Shown in pieces: positions 19,179 through 29,404 of a stretch of 63,198 bases of DNA (position 1 is its first letter; each line of letters begins with the position of its first letter). The DNA lies in the NCBI GenBank assembly GCA_040901985.1, contig JBBDYC010000002.1, forward strand, positions 102,457-165,654, in the 5' to 3' direction. Made by a program: the position numbers and the translations under genes. The stretch comes from Gemmatimonadaceae bacterium. GTDB taxonomy: Bacteria > Gemmatimonadota > Gemmatimonadetes > Gemmatimonadales > Gemmatimonadaceae. The notes under the pieces were generated by a model. That model was given only the letters and a program-made list of their open reading frames with translations, was not told where the DNA came from and made no database searches.

Positions 19179-20489
19179 TTAGCGTCCGGTACGCTTCCGC
19201 AGGATCGCCGGGAAGGACCGTGTCCGGAGCTCGTCGAGCGATAGCCCCGTCCGCGCGAGGACGTCGTCCTCGGTGGTCGCCCCACAGTTGATGGCGCGCA
19301 GGAAATAGTTGAGCAGCCCCTGGCCGGTGGCGGCGTCGTCGAAGACGTCGCCGACGAGCGTGGCCTGGGCGGCCTTCTCCACGAAGTTGCGAAGGCGCTC
19401 GACGGCCGGCGCCATCCCGCTGCCGAAAAACCGGAAGAGCGCCGCGTAGCGCGTGACAAGCTGCGCCGGGTGGAGATCCCAGCCCTGATGGAACCCTCCG
19501 GCGAGCGAGTGCATCACGTCGTCGTAATGCCGGCGCCAGGCCTGGTGCACACGGAGGGCATTCTCGGCGTGCTGCGCCGCCGTGAGCGCCTTGTCTTCGG
19601 CGCGGATCGGCGGCACGGGGAGCAACGTCGTGGAGCCGTCGCTCAGCCAGACGCCGGTGCCGGCGAGTGCCGCCTGCATCACGTGCTTGGCGAAGTCGCA
19701 CGCCGGATGCCGCATATGCTGGTGGTCGGCCGTGATGCCGAGGGCGGCCGTGTAGTCGTAGGTGCCAAAATGCGCGCCGGTGATGCGCCCCCCGCCTGCG
19801 GCGACGATCGCCGGCAACGGACAATTACCATCGGGGCCGACGATGTTCTGTGGCGTCTCGACCATGATCTCGAACCGCAGTGCACCGGCGTCGAGTCCGA
19901 GGCGACGTTCCAGTGCGTCCAGCGACCGGACGAAGTGCTCGACCTGCGCGACCGTCGTGATCTTCGGCAGGGTGATGACGAAGTTGTCGGGGAGCTCCCC
20001 GCCACTGGCGCCGCAGAGGGCGTCGAGCACCAGGGTGAGTGTGCGTTCGCTCCGAGCGCGCAACTCCTCGTTGAGCGGCTTCACCCGCAGGCCGATGAAG
20101 GGCGGCAACACCTTGTCAGTGATTCCCTGGGCCAGTGCCGCGCCTACGGCGCTGGCGTGGCCGTCTTCCTCGGCGTCCGGCCGGTTGCCGAACCCATCCT
20201 CGAAATCCACCCGGAAGTCCTCGACCGGGAGCGTGGCCAACCGCGCCTGGATCAACGCGTGGATACGGGCGGCCTCGGCGTCGTCGGGCCAGCCGAGCGC
20301 CGCGGCCAGGGAGGCGGGGTCGGGGGCAAAGGCCTCCATCGCGCCGCGGGCGGCGGCGCCGAGTCGCGCCGCGATGTCGGGGCGGAAGAGCTGGGCGCCA
20401 CCATACACCGTGTGGACTGGCTGGCGGCGCGGCGAATCCCCCGGATGGGAGGCCGCGAACGCAAGATTGGCAGCGCGAAGGTCGGGCAT
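19179..20489 (-). CDS. HpcH/CitE/malate-synthase-like TIM-barrel lyase of unknown function (DUF6986-like)
   Basis: RQPVHTVYGGA, DFEDGFG.RPD.EED, LPK, EIMVET, HFGTYDYTA, LSDGST and QGWDLHPAQL motifs. Confidence 0.75.
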   Translation of the reverse strand: MPDLRAANLAFAASHPGDSPRRQPVHTVYGGAQLFRPDIAARLGAAARGAMEAFAPDPASLAAALGWPDDAEAARIHALIQARLATLPVEDFRVDFEDGFGNRPDAEEDGHASAVGAALAQGITDKVLPPFIGLRVKPLNEELRARSERTLTLVLDALCGASGGELPDNFVITLPKITTVAQVEHFVRSLDALERRLGLDAGALRFEIMVETPQNIVGPDGNCPLPAIVAAGGGRITGAHFGTYDYTAALGITADHQHMRHPACDFAKHVMQAALAGTGVWLSDGSTTLLPVPPIRAEDKALTAAQHAENALRVHQAWRRHYDDVMHSLAGGFHQGWDLHPAQLVTRYAALFRFFGSGMAPAVERLRNFVEKAAQATLVGDVFDDAATGQGLLNYFLRAINCGATTEDDVLARTGLSLDELRTRSFPAILRKRTGR

Positions 20490-20578
20490 CGCCGGAGAAT
20501 GTAGCGAACCGATGGCGGCGACGTTGCGGGTGGGTGTGGCGATGCTAACTTCGCTGCACCCCCGCTCCGGAGCTTCCC

Positions 20579-20815
20579 GTGCGCCGTGCCGTGCCGTTCG
20601 CTGGTCTGATCGTCGTGATCGCCGCCAGCGCCTGCGGCTCCGACGCCCCTCCGCCCCCGCCTCCGCCGCGCGACGCCGCGCAGCAGCGAGCGATTGACAG
20701 CACGATCGGCGCGTCCGGGCTCCCGGGTGCCCAAGGGGTGCGCGGCGCGCTCGCCGCGAGCGACTCGGCGGCCCGCCGTGCCCGCGAACTCGACTCCCTC
20801 TCGAGGATTCCCTGA
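20579..20815 (+). CDS. Small proline-rich lipoprotein
   Basis: Lipobox-like ASAC after a hydrophobic stretch; TGATG coupling to the next gene. Confidence 0.65.
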   Translation: MRRAVPFAGLIVVIAASACGSDAPPPPPPPRDAAQQRAIDSTIGASGLPGAQGVRGALAASDSAARRARELDSLSRIP

Positions 20816-22044
20816 TGCGCCCAATCCGCCTGTTTCTCATCGCGGTCACCCTTGGTGCCGCGCTCACCGCTGCGCCCTCGCCGGCAGCGGCGCAGGACCT
20901 CGAGATCACGGTTGACCTGCTCGACCGGTTCGTAATCGCCTACGACCGGGAGAAGGAGGACCTCGGCGCGCTCGAGCCGGAATTGGCGGCGGTGGACGAG
21001 AAGATCCGCAAGTTCCGCGAATGTAAGATCGCGTTCGAGGCGGCGGGGTCGGCGACTGGCAGCCGGCTGGGCGGACTTGCCGCGCGCGCCGGAATCCGGG
21101 CGCGGTGTGGCGCCAACAGCGAGGCCGACATCGCACGCGAGAGGCGCGCCATCATCGCGCGGGCCACGCAGGGCGCGGCAACGGCGAACGGATTTACCGT
21201 CCCACAGTACTCGCGCCTCAAGACCCGGCTCGAACGCGTGTACGCCTACGGCGACCGCGCCGGCCTCAAGGAAGGGGAACTCGCTGCGGTGGACGCGCGG
21301 CGCGAACGCTTCGCCAGTGTCTACGGCGCGAGCGGCGACCTGCAGGCGGTCGCCGACGCAATCTCCTCGCTTGGCGGCGCGGGCGCCGGACCACGGATGG
21401 CGCCGGGCCAGTGGACCGCCGACGCCTCGTGGATGTTCGTCGGCCAGCTCTTCGGGATGATGTTCGCGACCGGCGCGAACGTGCTCGAGGCGCCGTACGA
21501 ACCCGGGCAATGGACACGCTGGCGGATGGGAGGGGACGGTGACGACGACTACACGATCGAGCGCGCCTTCCTCACGCGGACCGACGATGGCGGCGAGTGG
21601 TGGCGCTACCGGTCGGTGAGTGGCGACAGACAGTCCGCCGATACCGTCGTGCTCGAAGGCCTTTTCAAGCCCGAGGGCGGAGGTATGCTCCAGCTCGTGC
21701 GGATGAGGGGCCGGATGCCGGGCGAGAAGGAAGCGAACGAGATGATGGTCCCGCAGCAGATGACGATGGTGAGCACCCTCGGGATGTTCGGGATGCGGCC
21801 GACGGAGGAGAGCGTGGAAGGCGCGACGGTCGGCACGGAGCGGGTGACGACGCCAGCCGGCGCGTTCAGTGCCAAGCTCGTCCGCTTCGGTGGCGCCGGC
21901 GGCCGGCAGGAGTGGTGGCTCGCCGACAACGTGCCGGGCGGGTGGGTGCGGTACCGGGCGAGCGCGCCCGGCGGCGACGAGTCCTTCACGATGGAGCTCA
22001 TCGCGCACGGGACGGGCGCGACCAGCGAACTCGGCGCGCGATGA
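20815..22044 (+). CDS. Exported hypothetical protein (helical N-domain, beta-rich C-domain)
   Basis: Signal peptide AAA-Q; host-like codon usage; ERVTTPAGAF motif; coupled to genes on both sides. Confidence 0.7.
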   Translation: MRPIRLFLIAVTLGAALTAAPSPAAAQDLEITVDLLDRFVIAYDREKEDLGALEPELAAVDEKIRKFRECKIAFEAAGSATGSRLGGLAARAGIRARCGANSEADIARERRAIIARATQGAATANGFTVPQYSRLKTRLERVYAYGDRAGLKEGELAAVDARRERFASVYGASGDLQAVADAISSLGGAGAGPRMAPGQWTADASWMFVGQLFGMMFATGANVLEAPYEPGQWTRWRMGGDGDDDYTIERAFLTRTDDGGEWWRYRSVSGDRQSADTVVLEGLFKPEGGGMLQLVRMRGRMPGEKEANEMMVPQQMTMVSTLGMFGMRPTEESVEGATVGTERVTTPAGAFSAKLVRFGGAGGRQEWWLADNVPGGWVRYRASAPGGDESFTMELIAHGTGATSELGAR

Positions 22045-22958
22045 CGCGGGGGATTGCCGCGCTACTGGGCGCGCTGGGCGCGGCGCTCCCGGCGTCGGCG
22101 CAGTCGGCGCCGACCGCGACGCCGACGCAGCTCGTCGTACTCGGCACCGGTACGCCCAACGCCGATCCGGAACGGAGCGGACCGGCGCTCGCCGTCGTGC
22201 GCAACGGGCGGTCGTACCTCGTGGACGCGGGGCCGGGGATCGTCCGGCGCGCGGCGGCGGCGAGCGCCCGCCACGATCTCGCCGCGCTCGCGCCGCAAAA
22301 TCTGCGCGTGCTCTTCCTGACGCACCTCCACTCGGACCATACCGTCGGGATGCCCGACGTGATCCTGAGTGCCTGGACGCTCGAGCGCACGGTACCGCTC
22401 GAGGTATATGGCCCGCCGGGGACGCGGACGATGGTGGAGCATCTTCTGGCGGCGTACGCGGCGGACATCCGCAACCGGGTGGACGGGCTCGAGCCGGCAA
22501 ACGCGACGGGATGGCAGGTGAACGTCCACGAGATCGTGCCGGGCGTTGTCTTCGACGACGGGAATGTCCGTGTGCGCGCCTTTGCCGTGCCGCACGGGGA
22601 CTGGGAGCACGCATTCGGCTACCGGTTCGAGAGCACGGACCGGACGATCGTGATCTCCGGCGACACGCGCGCGAGCGACGCCGTGGTGGCCGCCTGCGAC
22701 GGCTGCGACCTGCTCGCGCACGAGGTGTACTCGGCAGAGCGGTTCGCGACGCGGCCGACGGAGTGGCAGCGCTATCACGCGCGGGCGCACACTTCGACCA
22801 TTGAACTCGCCGCGCTGGCGACACGCGCGCGGCCCGCACTGCTGGTGCTCTACCACCAACTGTACTGGGGCACCGACGACGCGCGGCTGGTGCTCGAGGT
22901 CGAGGGCGCCGGGTTCGCCGGGCGGCTGGTGTCGGCGCGCGACCTCGGCGTGTACTGA
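22041..22958 (+). CDS. Exported MBL-fold hydrolase (RNase Z/AtsA-like)
   Basis: LGTGTP, THLHSDH, SGDT, HE and HT motifs; signal peptide. Confidence 0.85.
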   Translation: MTRGIAALLGALGAALPASAQSAPTATPTQLVVLGTGTPNADPERSGPALAVVRNGRSYLVDAGPGIVRRAAAASARHDLAALAPQNLRVLFLTHLHSDHTVGMPDVILSAWTLERTVPLEVYGPPGTRTMVEHLLAAYAADIRNRVDGLEPANATGWQVNVHEIVPGVVFDDGNVRVRAFAVPHGDWEHAFGYRFESTDRTIVISGDTRASDAVVAACDGCDLLAHEVYSAERFATRPTEWQRYHARAHTSTIELAALATRARPALLVLYHQLYWGTDDARLVLEVEGAGFAGRLVSARDLGVY

Positions 22959-22964
22959 GACGGC

Positions 22965-23735
22965 GTGCCCTATCAGCGCTACGTCGCCATCGGCGACAGC
23001 TCCACCGAAGGGCTCGACGACCCCGCCGGCGACGGACGATTCCGCGGCTGGGCCGACCGGCTCGCGACACACGTCGCGCGCGCGCAGGGTGGCCTGCTCT
23101 ATGCGAATCTCGCCGTGCGCGGCCGACGCACGCGGGAGATCCTCGAACAACAGCTCGAGCCGGCGCTCGCGATGCGCCCGGACCTGGCGACGCTCTTCAG
23201 CGGCACGAACGACGTCATCCGGAGCGGGTTCGATCCCGGGCGGGTCGCCGCCGACATCGAGGTGATGCAACGTGCGCTCCGTGGTGCGGGCGCGACGGTG
23301 CTCACGTTCACGCTCCCCGACCTCGCCGACGTGATCCCGCTGGCGGCCCGCGCCCGGGCGCGGGTGGAGGCGCTCAACGCGGCGCTCCGCGACGTCAGTG
23401 CTCGCACCGGGGTCACGCTCGTGGACCTGGCCAAGCATCCGGTGGCGCGCGACGGCCGGCTGTGGAGCGACGACCGCCTGCACGCCAACAGCGAGGGACA
23501 CACGCGCATCGCGGCGGCGCTGGCGCACGCGCTGGGGCTTCCGGGCTTCGACGGAGCGTGGGCCGCGCCGCTTCCGGAGCGCGCCAGGCCCTCGGTTGGT
23601 GACCGCGCGGCGGCGGAACTTCGGTGGGTCCGCCGGTATCTCCTTCCGTGGGTGTGGCGCCACGCGCGCGGCCGCTCCTCGGGCGACGGCATCTCCGCCA
23701 AGCGCCCGCAGCTCACGCCGGTCCAACTGCCTTGA
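22965..23735 (+). CDS. SGNH/GDSL hydrolase
   Basis: GDSSTEG, NLAVRG, GTND and DRLHAN blocks. Confidence 0.9.
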   Translation: MPYQRYVAIGDSSTEGLDDPAGDGRFRGWADRLATHVARAQGGLLYANLAVRGRRTREILEQQLEPALAMRPDLATLFSGTNDVIRSGFDPGRVAADIEVMQRALRGAGATVLTFTLPDLADVIPLAARARARVEALNAALRDVSARTGVTLVDLAKHPVARDGRLWSDDRLHANSEGHTRIAAALAHALGLPGFDGAWAAPLPERARPSVGDRAAAELRWVRRYLLPWVWRHARGRSSGDGISAKRPQLTPVQLP

Positions 23736-24214
23736 CGACGATATACGAGATCCCGGTGACCGCCAGCGATGGCGCGGAGCGCACGCTCGCCGACCACCGC
23801 GGCCAGGTGATGCTGATCGTGAACGTCGCCAGCCAGTGCGGGTTCACGCCGCAGTACGCCGGCCTCGAGCGGTTGCACCGCGAACTCGGGCCGCGGGGCC
23901 TCGCGGTCCTTGGCTTTCCGTGCAATCAGTTTGGCGAGCAGGAGCCGGGCAACGTGGACGAGATCAAGCAGTTCTGCTCGCTCACCTACGACGTCACCTT
24001 CCCGATCTTCGCGAAGGTGAAGGTGAATGGGCGCAACACGCATCCGCTCTACGCCTACCTCAAGCGCGCGCGCCGCGGCTTCCTCTTTACGCCGTCCATC
24101 AAGTGGAACTTCACGAAGTTCCTCGTCGCGCGAGACGGACGGGTGTTGAAGCGCTACGCGCCCGACACGCCACCCGCGGCAATCCGCAGTGACATCGAGC
24201 GGGCGCTGGGCTGA
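23732..24214 (+). CDS. Glutathione peroxidase family protein (Cys type)
   Basis: VNVASQCGFTPQY, GFPCNQFG.QEPG and KWNFTKFLV motifs; TTG start overlapping the upstream TGA. Confidence 0.92.
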   Translation: MTTIYEIPVTASDGAERTLADHRGQVMLIVNVASQCGFTPQYAGLERLHRELGPRGLAVLGFPCNQFGEQEPGNVDEIKQFCSLTYDVTFPIFAKVKVNGRNTHPLYAYLKRARRGFLFTPSIKWNFTKFLVARDGRVLKRYAPDTPPAAIRSDIERALG

Positions 24215-24246
24215 TCGCCCGGCGCCCGTCGGGGGCGTGACGTGCG

Positions 24247-27200
24247 CTAGCGGATTCCCGCTGCCGTCGCCGGCCGCCCCGCCCCGCCGTCAATCGCCGG
24301 ACCCGGCCGCTGCCGCGGCCACTGCTCGGCGAGCGTCGTCCCGTCGTAGAGTCTCCCGCCCTTCATCACCGCCGAGATGCTGTTGGTGTTGCGGAGATCG
24401 GCAATCGGGTCACGGTCGAGGATCACGAGATCGGCAAGCTTTCCGGGTTCGATGGAGCCCACCTGTCGCCCGAGCCCGATCGCGTCGGCACCGATGATGG
24501 TCGCCACCTTCAGCACGTCGTGGTTGGACCAGCCGCCCATCTGCAGCAACCACATCTCCCAGTGATAGCCGAGCCCCTGGAACTGGCCGTGGCTGCCGAT
24601 GCCGATCCGTCCACCCTGGCGGAAGATCGAGTACGCGTCGGCGGCGTGCTTGGGGAAGGCGTACTCATCGTCCGAGAACCAGCCACCCGGCGTACCGTCC
24701 GTCGGACGGGAGGCGACGCGCCGCCGCGCCTTTGACGCAAGTTCCTCGTACGGCATCCACCGTTGCACCTTGGGATCGTCGTACGGGCGTTCCTTGGTAT
24801 AAAACCAGTTCTCGCCCCAGGGCCCGCCGTAGTTCACGACGAGGGTCGGTGTGTAGGCAATCCCGGTGAAGGCGAAGAACCCGGTGACGTCGCGATAGAG
24901 CGGCGTCACCGGAATGTTGTGCTCCTGCCCGGCGTACCCGTCCTGCGCCATCGTCAGGTTCAGGCGGAAGTCGAGCGAACCTTCGGTCGTCGGCATGATG
25001 CTCTGCTCGCGCGCCGCCTGGATGATCCACTGGCGCTGCTCGCGATTGCCGGCGACGTACATCTTGATCGTCTTGGTGTCGTAGTAGCGGCTGTACCGAC
25101 GCAACACCTGCCGCGCGTCCGCGAGGTTGCGGACGTTTTCCTGCCAGAAGACGCCGGGCCCCGTCGAGTAGACGCGCGGCCCGATCGCCGCACCGTTCTC
25201 GACCAGGTCGCCATAGGTGAGGACATCGGTCGTCGCCGTTTGCGGGTCACGCGTGGTGGTCACGCCCCACGCGAGGTTGGCGAGGTAGATCCAGGGTTGC
25301 GGCTTATGGATCCCCCAGCTCGGCCACATGTGCGCGTGCGTGTCCACGAACCCGGGAACGATTGTCTTGCCGGTAACGTCGCGGATCTCTGCGCCGGCGG
25401 GAACCGTCACGCTGCCGCGCGCGCCGACGGCGGTGATGCGGTTGTTGACGATCACGACGTCGGCGTTCTCGATCACCTCGTCGCCGCGCATCGTGATGGC
25501 GCGCGCGCCGCGCAGGACCAGCGTACCCTGCGGGATGTCACGCGCGACCAGCACGGCGACCCGCTGTTCGAGCGGCGTGTACGCCGGGGGACGTGCGGTG
25601 GAATCGCGGGCGGTGGAATCGCGGGCCGTAGTGTCGCGGGCCGCTCCGGCGCCGGCCGAATCGGTCCGCGCGCCGGCACTGTCCCGCCGCGCCAGCTCAC
25701 GCGCGCGCGCGGAGTCGAGGTCGTAGGTGACGATCGCATTGCCGATTCCCCACAGCACGCGGCGGCCAGACGCGACCCACGACGGAAACTGCCCGCCGAT
25801 ATCGGTCAACTTGCGCGACGGGAACGCGGCGGTGTTCGGGTCGGACACGGAGATGGTCACGGCGGTGCCGCGCACTTGCGGCACGGTGACGGTATAGATG
25901 TGGTTGCCGACGACCGCGAGCGCTTGGTCGCCCCGCGGCGCCATCAGCGTCGTGCTCGCTCCCGGCGGCGTCGGCGCGTCCTCGGCGGGGATCTCCTCCG
26001 CCTCGCAGTACACGTGGCACTCGGCGGTGGTCCCCGGCGCGATCGGGCCGGTCACGCGGACGATGCGTCGCTCGTCGGTGCCGTCCCACCGGATCGAGGA
26101 GAGCCCCTGATTGGAAGAGAGGAAGATGCGAGTCGTATCCTGGGTGAAGTGCGGTCGCGAGCGGCCCATCGTCTCGGCGATCACCGTGGCGGCGCCGCCG
26201 TTGGCCGGGACCCAGACGAACTCGGTGGCCGCGCCGGGCGCGTTCGGCCCCTCGGCGTCGTAGAAGGCGCGCGCCGCGCCGCGGATGGCGACGACACGCC
26301 GCCCGTCGGGCGACCACGCCGGCTGCTGGAAGAAGGCGCGCTCGGGCGTGAGCGCCGTGACGTTCGCGGCGCGGCCGTCCACATTCACGCGGAGCAGCCG
26401 TCCATACGTGCCTTCCCAGGTGACGAAGGCGAGCGCGCGGCCATCTGGGCTCCACGCCGGCTGGGCCTCGGTGGCCTCGAGCGTCGTGACACGGCGCGGC
26501 GTGCCATTCGGCCAGTCCATCACGTACAGGCGGTCAAGCACGGTGAAGGCAAGACGACGGCCGTCGGGCGAGAGCACGGGGTCGCGCAGTTGCCGTGCCA
26601 CAAAGCGCGCCGAGTCGGGAATATCGTAGTCGAACTGGACGCGCGGTCCGGCGGCGATCGTCGCGCGGACCGAGAACGGAATCTCTGTCTGACCTGTGCC
26701 ATCCACGTTGATGCGCCAGAGCTTTCCACCGTACGAGGCGATGACCTGGCGCGAGTCCGGCGTGAACGCCATCCCGGGGAGGGCGTCGAGCGCGGCACGC
26801 GATTCCATATCGTCGCGCTGGGTGGGGAAGGCGAGCCAGCGGTCGGCGCCGGTGGCGATTTCACGGATGCGGAGCCCGGTCTGCGATTCGAAACGCGAAC
26901 CGTAGACCACGTGCCGACCGTCGGGCGAGATCGCCGGACGGACCGCCGAGCCGTAGGCGAAGGTCATCGTCGCCTGTCGTCCGGTCTCGCGGTCGTATCG
27001 CTGGAGCTGGTACTGTGCGAAGTTGGCGTTGTAGTGCCAGGCGCCGAGCCGCTCGGCGAACCAGACAAAGCGTCCGTCGGGGCTCACCTCGGCGCCGGAG
27101 TGCGCGGTCGCCGTGCCCGGGGGCGGGTTGGTCGGCGGCGTGATGAGCGCGACACCGCTCCCGCCATCCTTGTGATAGATCCAGAGCCGCGTGGTGCCGC

Positions 27201-27690
27201 CGCGGAAGGCCGCACGCGCCGCGATGACGTACTGCCCGTCCGGTGTCCAGGTCGGCGATACGTACCGATTCGTCTTCCCCCGCGTGAGCTGCGTCTTCTT
27301 CCGTGTGGCGAACTCCATCAACCAGAGATTGTCGCCGCCGTCCTCGTCGCTCACATAGACGAGATGCGTTCCGTTGGGTGAGAATTGGGGCTGCGCATCA
27401 AATGGCATCCCGCTCGTGAGCGCAGTCGCCGCGCCGCCGCCGATCGGCATTGTGTAGAGGTCGCCGAGGAGGTCGAAGACCAGCTGCCGGCCATCGGGCG
27501 AGACGTCAACCGACATCCACGTCGCCTCGGCCGTGTTGAGTTCCCACGAGCGCGTGGCCTCCAGCGGGAGTCCGCGACGCGTCGGCGCCCGGCCGGAGTC
27601 GGACTGCGTTGGCTGGGCGTCGAGTGGAAGCGCACAGAGGAGGGCGAGCGCTGCCAGGGGAAGGCGGCGGGCGAGGGACGCAGGGGACAT
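24247..27690 (-). CDS. Exported amidohydrolase with TolB-like (PD40) beta-propellers
   Basis: Repeated P.xSPDG motifs; PGFVDTHAH, GSHGQ and GSIEPGKLADLVIL; signal peptide. Confidence 0.88.
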   Translation of the reverse strand: MSPASLARRLPLAALALLCALPLDAQPTQSDSGRAPTRRGLPLEATRSWELNTAEATWMSVDVSPDGRQLVFDLLGDLYTMPIGGGAATALTSGMPFDAQPQFSPNGTHLVYVSDEDGGDNLWLMEFATRKKTQLTRGKTNRYVSPTWTPDGQYVIAARAAFRGGTTRLWIYHKDGGSGVALITPPTNPPPGTATAHSGAEVSPDGRFVWFAERLGAWHYNANFAQYQLQRYDRETGRQATMTFAYGSAVRPAISPDGRHVVYGSRFESQTGLRIREIATGADRWLAFPTQRDDMESRAALDALPGMAFTPDSRQVIASYGGKLWRINVDGTGQTEIPFSVRATIAAGPRVQFDYDIPDSARFVARQLRDPVLSPDGRRLAFTVLDRLYVMDWPNGTPRRVTTLEATEAQPAWSPDGRALAFVTWEGTYGRLLRVNVDGRAANVTALTPERAFFQQPAWSPDGRRVVAIRGAARAFYDAEGPNAPGAATEFVWVPANGGAATVIAETMGRSRPHFTQDTTRIFLSSNQGLSSIRWDGTDERRIVRVTGPIAPGTTAECHVYCEAEEIPAEDAPTPPGASTTLMAPRGDQALAVVGNHIYTVTVPQVRGTAVTISVSDPNTAAFPSRKLTDIGGQFPSWVASGRRVLWGIGNAIVTYDLDSARARELARRDSAGARTDSAGAGAARDTTARDSTARDSTARPPAYTPLEQRVAVLVARDIPQGTLVLRGARAITMRGDEVIENADVVIVNNRITAVGARGSVTVPAGAEIRDVTGKTIVPGFVDTHAHMWPSWGIHKPQPWIYLANLAWGVTTTRDPQTATTDVLTYGDLVENGAAIGPRVYSTGPGVFWQENVRNLADARQVLRRYSRYYDTKTIKMYVAGNREQRQWIIQAAREQSIMPTTEGSLDFRLNLTMAQDGYAGQEHNIPVTPLYRDVTGFFAFTGIAYTPTLVVNYGGPWGENWFYTKERPYDDPKVQRWMPYEELASKARRRVASRPTDGTPGGWFSDDEYAFPKHAADAYSIFRQGGRIGIGSHGQFQGLGYHWEMWLLQMGGWSNHDVLKVATIIGADAIGLGRQVGSIEPGKLADLVILDRDPIADLRNTNSISAVMKGGRLYDGTTLAEQWPRQRPGPAIDGGAGRPATAAGIR
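25595..25640 (-). repeat. 15-bp tandem repeat encoding the (A)RD(S/T)T linker
   Basis: gcggtggaatcgcgg x2 followed by gccgtagtgtcgcgg. Confidence 0.65.
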
Positions 27691-27818
27691 CGGGGACTCC
27701 GACCGGAAGCGGTGGACCTGCACGTTCGGCGCGGGAGGACCGACGCCGGCCGCGGGGCGGTGGGGGAGGGAGAACTTCTCACACCGGGTGCATATTGTCC
27801 ATACATCCGGGAGGGACC

Positions 27819-28292
27819 ATGAGCACCTACCACGCCGTTGTCCGCTGGGCCCGCGGCGACGATGAGTTCGTTCGCCAGCGCTACAGTCGCGGTCACAGCT
27901 GGCACTTCGACGAAGGATTGACCGTGCCGGCCTCGGCCTCGCCGCACGTGGTGCGCGCGCCCTTCGCGATCGCCGCCGCGGTGGATCCCGAGGAGGCGGT
28001 CGTGGCGGCGCTCGCCAGCTGCCATATGCTCTTCTTCCTCGCGCTGGCGTCGAAGGGGGGATTCGTCGTGGAGCGGTACGAGGATGCCGCCGACGGACTG
28101 ATGGAGAAGAACGCCGACGGGAAGGTCGCCATCACCAAGGTGACGATCCGCCCGCAGGTCACGTTCAGCGGGACCCCGCCGACGGCCGAGGAATTCGCCG
28201 GGCTCCACCACCAGGCGCACGAGGAGTGCTACATCGCCAACAGCGTGCGCAGCGAGGTCGTCTGCGAGCCGAAGTTGATCCACCTAGCTTAA
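27819..28292 (+). CDS. OsmC/Ohr family protein
   Basis: YSRGHSW.FD, DPEEA.VAALASCHML and AHEECYIANSV motifs; RBS GGAGGG. Confidence 0.9.
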   Translation: MSTYHAVVRWARGDDEFVRQRYSRGHSWHFDEGLTVPASASPHVVRAPFAIAAAVDPEEAVVAALASCHMLFFLALASKGGFVVERYEDAADGLMEKNADGKVAITKVTIRPQVTFSGTPPTAEEFAGLHHQAHEECYIANSVRSEVVCEPKLIHLA

Positions 28293-28333
28293 GGGCAGCG
28301 CGTCGCGCGCCCGACTCCCACCAGGCCATTCCG

Positions 28334-29404
28334 ATGCGAATCCCCGTTGTGTTCCTTCTCGTCGCCCTCGCCGCCCCGCTCGGTGGGCAGGACGCCCCGA
28401 CACCCCCGCGACAGGTCGTGCCGATGGACTCGGCGCGCGCGGCGCGGCTCTACGTCAGCGACCGGCACGAGGACCACCCGATCGCAAACTACGCCCAGCA
28501 TATCGCCAACAAGGCGCGCACCGACAGCATCTTCGCCGCGCGCAGCGTCGGCGTGATGCGCTACGAAAAGACCTCGTACGCCAGCAACGTGGACGGGATG
28601 ACGATCCCCGCCTACGTGTTCTCGCCGCTGGCGCGTCGGGGCGCCAAGGCGCACCCGGCGATGGTCTGGGTGCACGGCGGCGTGCACGGCAACTGGGACC
28701 AGAACTACCTGCCGTTCATCATCGAGGCCGTCGAGCGTGGCTATGTGATCGTGGCCCCCGAGTACCGCGGCAGCACCGGATACGGCGCCGACCACCACAA
28801 CGCGATTGACTACGGTGGAAAGGAACTCGATGACGTCGAGACGGCGTTCGACTTCCTCCTCGATCGGCCGGAGGTGGACCCGGCGCGGATCGGGATCATG
28901 GGCTGGAGCCACGGCGGCTTCATCGCGGCCCACCTGATGATGCGCGGGGCGCGGACGCGCTTCGTCGCCGGCGCGGCAATCGTCCCGGTGACGAACCTGA
29001 TCTTCCGGCTCTCGTACAAGGGACCCGGTTATCAGCGCAGCTTCTCCACGCAGCGCGACCTCTCGGGGCTGCCGTTCGAGCAGCGCGAGGCGTACGTGCA
29101 ACGCTCGCCCTACTATCACGTGGACAGCCTCCTGCGGCCGTTGCTGGTGCACGTGGCCAGCAACGACACCGACGTCAACTTCGAGGAGGCGCGGCCGCTC
29201 ATTGACGCGCTCGTCGCGCGGAAGTTCCTGCTCGCCGAGACGCGGATCTACTGGGACCCGACACCTGGGCCGGCGAGCGGCGGCCACACGTTCAGCCGGC
29301 GGGTGAATCGCGAGACCTTGCTGCGTGACGATTCGCCGGAGCAGGTGGACTCGTGGCAGCGCACCTGGACGTTCTTCGACAAGTGGCTGATGCCGCAGCG
29401 ATGA
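28334..29404 (+). CDS. Exported S9 prolyl oligopeptidase family serine hydrolase
   Basis: VHGG, EYRGSTGYG, GWSHGG nucleophile, ND..V and GH motifs. Confidence 0.88.
   Translation: MRIPVVFLLVALAAPLGGQDAPTPPRQVVPMDSARAARLYVSDRHEDHPIANYAQHIANKARTDSIFAARSVGVMRYEKTSYASNVDGMTIPAYVFSPLARRGAKAHPAMVWVHGGVHGNWDQNYLPFIIEAVERGYVIVAPEYRGSTGYGADHHNAIDYGGKELDDVETAFDFLLDRPEVDPARIGIMGWSHGGFIAAHLMMRGARTRFVAGAAIVPVTNLIFRLSYKGPGYQRSFSTQRDLSGLPFEQREAYVQRSPYYHVDSLLRPLLVHVASNDTDVNFEEARPLIDALVARKFLLAETRIYWDPTPGPASGGHTFSRRVNRETLLRDDSPEQVDSWQRTWTFFDKWLMPQR

Noticed and set aside
23732..24214. Selenocysteine glutathione peroxidase
   Set aside because: The active-site codon is TGC (Cys) and there is no in-frame TGA.
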